64,000 nt of DNA, from the NCBI GenBank assembly GCA_043228905.1, contig JBHGNT010000012.1, positions 4,154,001-4,218,000 on the forward strand. The letters are read 5' to 3'. Below are positions 50,051 through 61,499 of the stretch, piece after piece. Position numbers and translations under genes: made by a program. The notes below the pieces were generated by a model that made no database searches, was not told where the DNA came from, and saw only the letters and a program-made list of their open reading frames with translations. The stretch comes from Azolla caroliniana (lineage: Eukaryota > Plantae > Polypodiophyta). How positions within the stretch are numbered: position 1 is the stretch's first letter; the number at the start of each line of letters is the position of its first letter.

Positions 50051-51614
50051 CTACCACCCAGGTCGTCTGGTCGCCGGCAAGGTTTATCTCACTCTCCTCC
50101 GTGATGAGCATCAACTCTTCTTCACTTGCCGCGATTGCCATTGTTCCCTTCCGGTCCGTCCCCCTCCGGTCTTTACCGTTCCGGTCCGGGGTCCGCTTCG
50201 AATCGGTACTGTCGACAGTTCTTTTGGAAGTGTCCCGGCTTGTCGCAATAGAAGCAAGTAGGCCTCCCCCTTGACTTTGACCGTGTCCCCAACTTCTCCC
50301 GGTTCTGGGGACTACGGTTTCTATGTCTTCCGCGTTGCGATTTGGTAAGGAGCGCTTTGGAGTCGGAGCTCGTATCTTTATCCTTCCGACGCGCCTCCTC
50401 ATCTAGCAAGCTCGACTTTACTCTTGCTAGGGATAAACCGCTTTCCTTCCAGCCCGGCGTTGCCCAAAGTGACAACCAACGTCTCCCAACTATCCGGGAG
50501 GGAACCGAGCAGGAGTAGCGCTAGTACCTCATCGGCGAGAGGTACTTCCAATGTAGTTTCTTGGTGAATCAGCCCCTGGAAGGCATTCATGTGCTCCGCC
50601 ATGTTGGAGCCATCTTGGTACCGTAGTCTTACTAGCTTCCGAAATACCGAAACCTGATTGACAACATTTCTGTTTTGAAACATTATGCCGATCTTCTCCC
50701 AGAGCTCATGAGCCTTGCTCTCTTCATTGAAGTTGTTGTACAGGCTCATGTCGATGAAGCACCGTATGTACACCGTTGTCTTCATGCGCATCACCTCCCA
50801 TATCGCGGCGTCGATTTTGTCCGGTCTCTTCTCCCCGAACTGAACCAGTAGCCAGAGGTCTTTAACCACGAGCATGTCCCTCATCTTTGACTTCCACATT
50901 GAATAGTTGGAGCCGGTGAGCTTGAACATGCCGCCAAACGATTCGTCCATTTTCTGTGTCGTTTCGCTCTGATACCACTTGACGGGAACTCAACGCTCCT
51001 TATGCACAACGCTCAGCCACAACCGAGCTTAGAATCATACACAGAAAACAAGAAACGGAAAACACGCGACACAAAGGAGAAGAAAAAAAAAAAATGTACA
51101 AAGGATGTTTACGTGGAAAACCCAAACTAAGGGAAAAAACCACGGCAGCCCACAAGCTGCAAACTATCACTATGTTAGATTGTACAACAGTGAGTTCACG
51201 GAGGCAACGACCTCGTGCTCACGATCCTCACCACAGGCGGCGGTTACAACAGAGGCAACGACCTCTTTCTCTCTCTCTCTCTCTGTACACTGTAACGCGC
51301 TCTTTCCTGTTCTTGCACCAACAAGAAATGACAACTACGATAACTATAAGTTTGCCCTAAGTCATATTTATACTAATATGACTTTTCGGCTATTTACAAA
51401 TATAGCCTCGATGGACTCTCAGAAACATATTTATGAATATGTCTCTTCATCCGGTGAGCATTCCTCACCGGGTCTGCACCATCCGGTTCTCCGTAGCCGG
51501 GTACTCCTCATCCGGTTCTCACCGGGTCTACACCATCTGGCTCTCCGTAGCCGGGTACTCCTCATCCGGTTCTCACCGGGTTTTGCACCATCCGGAGGGA
51601 CCTGTCTCCCAACA
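50051..51614 (-). mobile_element. Copia-5 remnant (5' LTR, PBS, gag) in opposite orientation inside Copia-4
   Basis: LTR 50980-51614 (TG...CA), PBS rc 50966-50977, gag ORF 50950-50399 MDESFGGMFKL closely similar but not identical to Copia-4 gag; fused to Copia-4 IN at CTACC 50051-50055. Confidence 0.9.
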
Positions 51615-54600
51615 TTCTTGTTGGTGTAAGGAAAGAGAGAGAGCGCGTAACTGTGTACAGAGAGAGAGAGAGAAAGAGGTCGTTGCCTCTGTTGTTACCG
51701 CCGCCTGTGGCGAGGATCGTGAGCACGAGGTTGTTGCCTCCGTGAACTCACTGTTGTACATTCTAACATAGCGATAGTTTGCAGCCTGTGGGCTGCCGTG
51801 GTTTTTTCCCTTAGTTTGGGTTTTCCACGTAAACATCCTGCGTACTCTTCTCTTCTTTGTGTCGTGCTTTATTTCCCGTTTTCTGTGTATGATTTTAAGC
51901 TCGGTTGTGGCCGAGCGTTGCGTATAGGGAGCGTGTTGTTCCTGGCACAAGTGTCATCGGGTTCCCGACTAACATTTGGTTTTCAACATGGTAAGTCCTT
52001 GTGTCCTCAAGCCGGTTTTGATTGGATGATCCAGAGTTCATCACCTTCTTCTTTGACTCCTAGTCGGCAATGGTCCTGTCTTCCATGAAGACTATGTCCC
52101 GACTCCGGAACACCTTCTTGTCGACCAAATCCCACACCTGGTAACTGAACTCATCATCACCATATCCGAAGATTATGCATGGCCTGGACTTCGGATCCAG
52201 CTTTGCTCTGTTGTCCTTTGCAACATGCACATATGCGAGACACCCGAACACCTTCAGATGCAAGTAAGACACGTCTTTACCGGCCCATACTCTCTGTGGT
52301 GTGTCTCCTTCCAAGGGTGCTTAGGGTGATTTGTTTATCACATACGTTGCCATCATCAGTGCCTCAACCCAGAACGTCTTGGGTAGCTTTGCATGTGTCA
52401 CCATACTCCAAACTCTCTCCATCACGGTTCGGTTCATTCGTTCGACGATCTCGTTTAGTTCCGGCGTCTTCGGCACGGTGAATTCGAGCCGGATTCCCTT
52501 CGATCAACAATACTTCTCGAGTTGCCTCCAGTACTCTCCTCCGTTATCTGCTCGAACCACTTTCAACTGCTGGTCGGTTTCTCTTTCCACTCTCCTGTGG
52601 AGTTCCTTGAAGACAGACAACACCAAATCCTTCGTCTTCAACGGTGAGACACACAACTTCCGGCTATGGTCATCTATGAACGTCACGAAGTACTGCGATC
52701 GGGTATATGACTTCGTGTCTACTTGACACACATTGGTATGCACCAGCTCCAGTGGTGCATGCCGTCTCATAGGTGGTCTTGACCGGAAGGAGGTTCTGTT
52801 TTGCTTGCTGGCCAACCAATCGGTGCACTTTTGAAGGTGCACGTCTTTTACCTCCGGAATGAGGTTGTCTTCGGCAAGTCTTCTCATCCCCGTCTAGCTC
52901 ATATGACACAGTCTCTTGTGCCACAATTCACCGGTAGTGTTAGGTGCTATGTTCACTTCTTCCCGGCATATCTGGGCCTGCATCAGGTACAATGTATTGA
53001 TCTTCCGGGCTCGAGCCACAATCAGCCTTGCTTTCCTAAACTTCATGACTCCGTTCCAGATGCTACCCATGTAGCCTTCATCATCTAGCCAACCGGCTGA
53101 TATCAGGTTCAACCGAACCTCAGGAACGTGTCAGACATCCTTCAACAGCAGCTTGCATCCGGTTGATGTCGTCAACAACAATTTCCTATGCCGATGATTC
53201 GGCAAGTCCCTTCATTCCCCATCCGGACACAACTGTGATCTCCGGCTGTGTAAGATTAGAAGCATCTCTGGTCCGGTGTTAGGTGGAACGACGCTCCGGA
53301 ATCGACAACCCACGTTGTCTCGTCGCCGACAAGGTTTAACTCATTCTCCTCAGTAATGAGCATCATCAATTCTTCTTCACTTGTCGCGATTGCCAACGTT
53401 CCCTTCCGATCCGAGCCTTTCCGGTCCAAACCCTTCTTCAAATTGGCATTGTCGGTTCCTTTCTCTTTCCGGAAATGCCGACAGTTCTTCTAGAAGTGCC
53501 CCGATTTCCCACAGTAGAAACAAGTAGGCCGCCCCCTTGACTTCAACCTCGTCCCCGATTTTTCCCGGTTTTGGGGACTCCGATACCGGCCTCTTCCCCA
53601 GTAATGGTCATTTTCCGTGACCAAGGCCTTTGGATTGATTCCAGACTCCCGGTCCTTCCGGCGAGCTTCTTCATCTAACAAGCTTGATTTTACCCTTGCT
53701 AGGGACAACTGCTTTCCTTCCGGCCCGGTATTGCCCAAAGTGACAACTAGCGTCTCCCAACTATCCGGGAGGGAATCGAGCAGGAGCAATGCAAGTACCT
53801 CGCCGGCTAGAGGTACTTCAAGCGAAGTTGTTTGGTTTATGAGCCCCTGAAATGCATTCATGTGCTCCACCATGCTGGATCCGTCTTGGTACCGGAGTCT
53901 CACTAACTTCCGGAATACCGAAACCTGATTTGCGACGATTTTACTCTCCAACATGGTGCCGATTTTCTCCCAGAGCACATGAACTTTACTTTCTTCATTG
54001 AATTTGTTATATAGGCTCATGTCGATGAAGCACCGGATGTATGCCTTCGTCTTCATGTGCTTCACCTCCCATGTCACGACATCGATCTTATCTGGTTTCT
54101 TGTCCCCGAACTGTACCAACAGCCAAAGATCTTTGACCACGAGCATGTCCCTCCTCTTCGACTTCCACACTGGGTAGTTGGAGTTGGTGAGCTTGAACAT
54201 GCCGCTGAATGATTCTTCCATTTCTTTTGTTCGCTCTGATACCAGATTGTGCGGAAATAACGCTCGGTCACAACCGAGTCTTCAACAAGGAATAGAAGAG
54301 AACAAACTGAAATAGAGATGACACAGAATGTTAACATGGAAAACCCTAAACGGGAAAAACCACGGGAGCCCACTAACTCCAACTATCACTATGAGGGGAG
54401 GAATACAATGTGAGACTCAGAGGCAACGACCTCGAGCTCTATGTCTTTGCCAAACCGGCGGTTACAAAAGAAACTAGTTCTGTATCTCTCTCTCTCTCTC
54501 ACTCTCTGTATACAACAATATACAACCACTACTACACCATATTCTCTCACTAAAGTGATTACCCTAAGTCATATTTATACTTATATGACTTTTGGGCTAT

Positions 54601-54940
54601 TTACAAATATAACCTCAATAGGCTAACCATGAAACATATTTACAGATATGTCCTTCAATCCGGTTTGCACTGGATCCATCCGGATTCACTCGATCCGGTT
54701 TCCGGGACTCATCCGGAACTCTTCCGGATCCTGTTCCTTCATCCGACTCGTCCGATCCGGCTCCTCCAGTTCTCATCCAGATCCCATCCGGAGGGACCGA
54801 ATTCCTAACAGGACTTGGTTGAGGTGGGGGATAGGAGGGTTATCATGTTGGAGGGGGATCAGGGAAGCTCGTGGGACAAGAAGTTAGAGGGCAACCTAAG
54901 GTGAGGGGGAAGAGGTGGATGCTTGGACGTGGGGGACTGG

Positions 54941-54958
54941 TACCCCGCTTCTCCACCA
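54941..54958 (-). promoter_or_regulatory. Primer-binding site complementary to tRNA-Ala 3' end
   Basis: Plus strand TACCCCGCTTCTCCACCA versus the recalled plant tRNA-Ala(AGC) 3' end TACCCCGCATCTCCACCA (17/18), 3 nt from the 5' LTR. Confidence 0.8.
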
Positions 54959-55424
54959 ATATGTGAAATGCACATAAGAGATCAAAACCAGTCTAGTTAG
55001 CTTCTTACTTCTTACTCAATTTATACTTGATACAAAGGTACCCGTTTGGGTTGGCTTAGCTAAAAAGGGTGTGCTAAAAGGGTGGGTCGGCTTAGGAACA
55101 TGCATCCTAAAAAGCGTGTGCGAAAAGGGTGGGTCAGCTTAGGTACATGCATCCTAAAAAGGGTGTGCTAAAAAGGTGGCACAAAGGAACACATGCACAC
55201 CACAATATCAACTCCTTTCAATGGTATATAACCGCTCTCATTTTGTGTGCCTCTACTTCTTTGGAAGTGAAAGGAGAAAGGAGAATCTATCTCAAACACC
55301 ATATCACTTAATTGAGGTCCATCCCAAACACAAGCATTTTGACCTCGACCATAACACCTTCAACCCTAACCCTGACATTCTTGACAACCAACAAAGAGAG
55401 AAAGGAGATAGACATATAGATAGA

Positions 55425-58400
55425 TAGATTATATTATCGTCTTCGGAGGTCAAATATGACTAATGAGACCAAAAATATTACATTTCACGTGATATGTGTG
55501 CAAGGTTGTTAGGTACGTTAGATACGGTACGGATACCATACGTATTTAATGTATTAATACGTGTATAGTACCTCCGAATTTAAAAATACGTTAAATACGT
55601 TTTTTAATATGTTAAAATACGTTAAATACGTTAAAATACTTATAAAATACGTATTTTACGTATAATACGTATAATACTTCTAGAATTTTAAAATTATTTA
55701 CCTTTCTAAAAAATATTTGTAATATTGTAAAAAGCATCTATGTTTACATAATTTCGTGATCTACATTATAGTTTTACATCCTAAAATGCATATAAGTCAT
55801 TTGAACATTTCACATCCTAACATACTTATAATATGGATATTGACATTCACTTATTCTATAAATCAGTGTTAGTGTGTATCACGATGTTCTACTTCAAATT
55901 GTAATTATTTACGATTATGCCTTCATAGATTGAGGAATCGTCTACGATTATCACACTCAGGATAGGTTTTTGTCTTCTTTTCTCTCTTCTTCTTCTTCTT
56001 CTTCTTCTTCTTCGTTATCGTCGTCATCATCTCTTCTGTTCTTCTTTCTTCCTTCTTTTTGCTTCTTTTTCACTAAAATCTTTTTTTTCTTTTGCTTTTT
56101 GCTTTTTATAAATACTTATTATACCTGTTTTTTAAATGTACGTTAAATACCGTATTGGCTAAATGTACATGATATTTGACTGAACAACACTGAGGTATAG
56201 TACGTACTATACAAATTATGAGGTATTATATGTATTTAAACGTTAAATACGGGTACGTAAACAACCATGTACGTGTGAAAGTGAGTAGTGACTCTCGATG
56301 TTCAATAACTTTACCAATGAATGTTGCAATCGAGAGTCCACATTGTGGTTGTGAGAGAAATTCATGCAAGGATTGGGCTTGGTCGAAGAGATGTGGAAAG
56401 CATGGTCGAATATGATCAAAGGCAGAGCATTTTATCAAAGTGTGATACTCAAATTCGCGAACTTGTTTAGGGCAAAGTGTGCATAGCCCACCACTCTCAT
56501 CACTTGTGCCCCAATGCCTAGTTTCACATTGCAATGCATGTGAGCTAAGTTGCATGGAAGCAATGGTTCAAATGGCAGATAACGGGATGGGCTCTAACAT
56601 GCATTGATGTGTACAGTTTCCCCGTTCCACAAAGAATATTGTTTTGTAGTTAGGTGCAACACGTGTAGTATAATGTGTTAAGCGTGAGCCTCCACATTTG
56701 TCCCATGCCATGATACATTGGCGTTGCAAAAATGCCTCATTTATAGAGGAATCTAGTGATGCATCATGAAGCAAGTGTCTCGCATCCCATCTACCAAACC
56801 ATTTTTCTATATCTTGTATCCAACCGGAACACAAAATTTTGCTTTTATACGTCTTTTGGATCTTTTTGCTTGCTTCCCATGCAATTCTAGGAAGTCGATG
56901 TGAGGGACTTTTTTGAACCTTAAGCATGTATTCAACAACCCTTTCCATGGCCATGATCTCAATGGGAAGCAATCCCGTCTCAAGGAGGAGGTGTAGGGGG
57001 TGGGTTTTTTAACTTGTAGAAACTTTGTAAGAAAATGTTTTTGGACATTTTCAAACTCTTTCCACGTAGATTTAGGGATGCTACCGCCCCATATTCCACC
57101 CCGTAGAGAAGAACTGGTGTCACCAAAGTGTCGAAAAGATATTTCTTGAGGACCCAACACTTAATATCTCCAAGATTGCATGTGTTCTCAAAGGCATAGT
57201 ATGCTCGCTTACCCGCCTCTAAGCGGCATGTATCATATTCATTCATTTATGATTTGAAGGAACTTGAAGGCCAAGATATTTGAAGCTTTCCACAGATTCA
57301 AGTGGCTCATTGTTGAACATAATGCATGGTTTATCTTTTTTTGGCTCTTCACAAGTATAATCTTTGTTTTAGAGTTATTGACACTTAATTTAGTATCCAT
57401 GCAAATTTTTTCCAATGCTTTCATAAGCTTTTGTGCATCTCCTAAAGTATTTGCAAAAAGCACTAGATCATCTGCATATAGCAAAAGCATAATCACAACA
57501 TTCCCAATGGCGACTTCTTCAACTTATTCTTCCTTTGCAAACTTGGTACTAACCATTTCTTCCAATTCATCAATGGCATAGACCAAATAATGTTAGTGAG
57601 AGTGGGCATCCTTGCTTAACACCAATAGTGCTATTGAAAAAATCTGAAAGTCTATCTGTCATACGCACACAACATATAACCTTCTCATAAATTCGAGAAA
57701 TTGCAAGCATATATTCACTTGGCACCTTAACTTCTTCCATTCACCTCCAAAGATGCTCACGAGGTACCATATCAAAAGCTTTCTTGAAGTCTACAAAGTA
57801 ACAACATAAACCTTTACCTCTAAGGCGACTTTCCTCCATTAATACTCGAAGGGTGATAAGGTCATCAATGGTGCTATGGTGTTTTCGAAAGCCAGCTTGT
57901 CCATAAGCTCTCTTACCATTTTTTTAGCCCATACACTTATCTTTGATTCCATTATACATCCAAATAGTTTTGCCATTAATGACCAAATCACGATGGTTCG
58001 ATAGTTGTTTCCATTATTTACATGTCAGACTTTATGTAAAGAAGGGAGACATATGTAAAATAGAACCATCACACATCATCTTTCCGGCAAGAGATAACTC
58101 ATATAAATTCTTACAATGCATAGACAAGTTGTGAAGAGTTAAGTCACCATAAATCTCAACATGTTTCCCCTTTATATTTCCCCAAAATTTAGCACATGCG
58201 TGTGCTTTCTCTTGCATTTGGATAAATTGTTGAGTAACATCCCATATTCTTCTCTTTCTTTGAATAAGCTTTTTATACTCATGCAAATGCTTTTGGTAAT
58301 TCTCTTTATCCTTAACTACATTCAAAACCATAAGGCACTTTCGAGCTTCACGACATTCTTTATCAAACCAATTTTTCCTAAGTTTGTTGGTGCATTTCCA

Positions 58401-58436
58401 AGATGCGCGGTTGGTCGAAAAACATTTTGTAAAGAG
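55425..58436 (-). mobile_element. Degraded non-LTR retrotransposon (RTE-like LINE)
   Basis: Minus-strand pieces KNWFDKECREAR, CCYFVDFKKAFD, GVKQGCPLS, LLLYADDLVL, TPVLLYGVE and C-terminal LCTLCP..EYHTLIKC; (TCTA)n-like tail at ~55415-55430; interrupted by the hAT MITE and cut at the 5' side by Copia-6. Confidence 0.8.
55501..56269. mobile_element. Non-autonomous hAT-type DNA transposon (MITE)
   Basis: TIRs CAAGGTTGTT / AACAACCATG (9/10), 8-bp TSD tatgtgtg / tacgtgtg, many AATACGT subterminal repeats, AT-rich with no ORF. Confidence 0.8.
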
Positions 58437-61400
58437 TGTGCGGAAACATATGCGTAAGAGCACAGAGTACATGGTTCGGAAGTACGACAGTTCGATAAAA
58501 CACAGAAATCACAGAGAAGGAGAGGGAGAGACAGAGTGATCAGAAACTACAAAACTATATTCCAAAATAATTCTTTGTATGTTCTCTATACATATTTCGT
58601 GCTCAGTGAGCACCTTTTATACAAGCCCTGACTATCGGGCTGACACAAGTACTGACAGTACTTGACCACTCATAAATGAGCCTTCTACACTAACTCCCAA
58701 AACTATTCCTTATGAGGAATAACGTTCTAATGACCTTTCGGTTTAACCATTGCCACGGCCATATTTTGTGTACGGTTTTACGCACCCAGTCTACACACTG
58801 GGTTACACACCCGTTTACGCACCCAATGTTGAGCTTGTCTCTCAACACTCCCCCTCAAGCCCAACATGAGTTTCCATATGCTTTTCCGGATGTTCCGCGC
58901 GCTTCGACCCTTTCGGTCGGCTTGTCTACTCATGTGGCCTTTCTCAGCTCCCTTGTTGTCGCGGTGTTGGCAACTATTTCGCTGCTCTTTTCTCCATTTG
59001 GCCCTTAGTTGATTCGACGTATCCGAATCGAATATTACAATTGAATCGAACATTTCCAATTCATTTCCGCTTACACTGGAATTGGCTGTCTCCAATTCGT
59101 CTTCTATCTTCAGGCCCTTAACTATGTCGGACCATGTCTTAGTCTTGGCCTTTACGCCTTTCTTAGGTTTGTTTCTCCTTTGTTCGGCTGTCTTCAGCTC
59201 TTCCTTGCGATTACGACCCCTGTTCTTTTCTTTGGCTTCTTTAGTCGACCCGAAATCGAATTCTTCATCTGATTCGGCATCGCGGTTACTACTATTCCTT
59301 TCACGCTCATGTTCCTATTCCTATCTCCCCCTTAAGTTTGGCGTGTCAAGGTGACGCAAACCCAACTCAATCGAGAAATGTCGTAACTTGTTGAGACCAA
59401 GGGGCTTGGTGAAGATGTCAGCAATCTGCCGACCCGTCGGAACATACGCCAATTCGACTTCACTAGAAAGATCACGCTCGCGGAAAAAATGATAGTGCAC
59501 CTCAATGTGCTTAGTCCGAGTGTGGAGTGCATGGTTTTTCGCAAGGTGGATGTTGTTGAGGTTGTCGAAGTAGATTGTGGTTGCATCGGACACCTCTACG
59601 TGCAAATCCCGTAATAGCCGTTTCAGCCACATGACTTCGCACGTAGAGACAATTGTCCCTCGATATTCGGCCTTAGTGCTCGACAATGCTATTGTCGGCT
59701 GCTTCTTACTGCTCCACGCGATCACCCCACTTCCCAATGAGAATTCGTATCCGGATGTGGATCTACAATTGTGAGCATTTCCAGCCCAATCGGCATCCGT
59801 GTAGCCGACTAACTGCTCGACTACGTCTGCACGATACAACGCCATGTCTTTCGTGCCACTGACATATTGTAATATCCTTTGCACACACTGAAGGTGTTTG
59901 GTCGTGGGCTGCGACATAAATTGACTAATCACTCTGACTGGATAGCTGAGGTCCGGCCGAGTGATCGTCAACTAGATGAGGCTTCCGACAATCTATCGAA
60001 ACCGTGTCGGGTCGCACGCCTTTCCCGAATCTAGGCGAAGCTTTAGGTTTCTATCCAGAGGGGTCGAGATGGGCTTACAATCTGCCATCCTGAACTTGAA
60101 GAGCCTTCATTTCGAACGATACCGCAAACTGAGACTTTACGTGGCCGATTTCTTCCAGGTGAACACCAGTGATGACTAAATCATCAACATAAAGTAAAAG
60201 ACAAACCGGTCCATGTCGACCTTGCCAAACGAACAACAAGGAGTCCGACTTTGATGTCACAAAACCCATTTTACGTACCCTTTGCGTAATCTTCGCGTTC
60301 CAAGCTCACAGGGCTTGCTTAAGTCCGTACAATGCCTTCTTCAATCGGCAAACTGCTGAAATGTTCTGTTCGGATAGAAATCTAGGGGGCTGTACAATGT
60401 ACACTTGTTCCTCAAGATCACCTTGTAGGAACACATTCCTTACATCCATCTGATGTAGATGCCACCACTTCGTCGCCGCTACGGCTAGTAGAACTCGCAC
60501 GGTAGCCATCTTTGAGACTGGGGTGAAGGTCTCATCATAATCTACGCCGTGCTTTTGCGCGTAGCCTTTCGCAACCAAACAGGCCTTATATCAGTTGACC
60601 GAGCCATCGGTGTTGTATTTCACCTTAAACACCCATCTACATCCGATCGGTTTTACACCCTTCGGTGCGTCAACCAGGTCCCAAGTCTCATTGTCGATTA
60701 ATGCGCGCATCTCTTCCTCCATCGCGGCACGCCAATTTGCATCTTTCGCCGCTTCTACGGTTCACGCACTTCCGCCACTCGTGTCATGTACGCGTAATGG
60801 TGCGCCATGTATTCATTATACCCGTACCTCTTTATGGGGTTCTTTAGGAGGGTAGATCGGCGTAATTTATTATTACCCGATTTCACGGTCTTTTCGGCCA
60901 ATTTCAACCTCTTCCTTGGAGATTCCTTTTCGATTGGTCCGAAATCGAACTCGCTCCAGTCTGACTTGACACTGCTAAAATCGTATTCCGACATTTTCTT
61001 CTTCCCTTTTTCTTTACGTGTAAACCGTCTCCTCAGCTCTTTGCGCGGGGACAACACGACCGAGTTTCCACTACTCACCGGCTCTTCATTTGGTTGGCAA
61101 TCTCGGCTCAAACCCTCATTCGGCCCGCTTAGCCGAAATGAGATCGGACTCTCTGTTAGAGCTCCTATTTCCTCATCACGCTGAGGCAACTCGACCTCGC
61201 TGACCTCTTCTTCAAAATTTAGAATTGAGTCATTAGGGATTGGAGGCAAAGGCAAGTACCACGAAGCGGACTCGTCGAACACGACTATCGTCTTACACGA
61301 ACTTTCTTTGTTCGGGGGTTATAACACTTATACCCCTTTTGTTCATCTGAATAGCTCACTAATATGCACTTTTCGGCTTTGGCGTTCAGCTTCCTCCGTT

Positions 61401-61499
61401 TCTCCTTCGGCATATGCACGTACGCGATGCTGCCGAAAATCCTCAAGTGTGCCATGTTCGGCTTCTTTCTGTAATACAACTCGTATGGCGACACGCCTC
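58437..61499 (-). mobile_element. Copia-6: 3' part (3' LTR, RH, RT, IN end) of a different Copia family
   Basis: LTR 58437-58847, PPT rc ctccccctcaagc 58848-58860; [59 protein letters not shown] end HLRIFGS/KGYKCY; cut at ~61499 by another element. Confidence 0.88.

Larger units (their letters stand above)
47157..51947 (+). mobile_element. Copia-4: rearranged Ty1/Copia (5' LTR-gag-PR-IN truncated / inverted Copia-5 / 3' half-LTR)
   Basis: 5' LTR 47157-47940, PBS-iMet 47943-47954, gag ATG 47970, IN breaks off at 50055; 3' half-LTR 51615-51947 matches 47572-47940; perfect TSD CAAGT (47152-56, 51948-52). Confidence 0.9.
32408..54810 (-). mobile_element. Copia-2: degenerate Ty1/Copia interrupted by a Gypsy and by Copia-4/5
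   Basis: LTRs 32408-32959 and 54248-54810; perfect TSD GGACT (32403-07, 54811-15); PBS-iMet 54233-54244; PPT after 32959. gag starts 54221 (MEESFSGMF), PR/IN 51953-53450, RT 46313-47156 and 33486-34072, RH 32970-33464. Confidence 0.93.
26846..55204 (-). mobile_element. Non-autonomous short LTR element (TRIM-like, ~804 bp native), host of the nested stack
   Basis: 3' LTR = 26846-26873 + 32021-32188 (split by Copia-1); 5' LTR 54962-55204; both read tgtgaaatgcacataagagatcaaaac...catgcacaccaca. PBS 54941-54958, PPT (rc ttcccccttaa) from 32190, ~365 bp non-coding interior, flanking ATAT/ATAT (26842-45, 55205-08). Confidence 0.85.

Noticed and set aside
47157-51614. Inverted repeat as a simple amplification fold-back chimera
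   Set aside because: The arms differ by many substitutions, indels and a distinct U5, and an intact TSD flanks the whole unit. A fold-back would be near-identical. Read-level confirmation is still needed because of the nearby adapter.
54941-54958. tRNA gene fragments here and at 34714
   Set aside because: Only the 3'-terminal 18 nt including CCA, next to an LTR: these are primer-binding sites, not tRNA genes.
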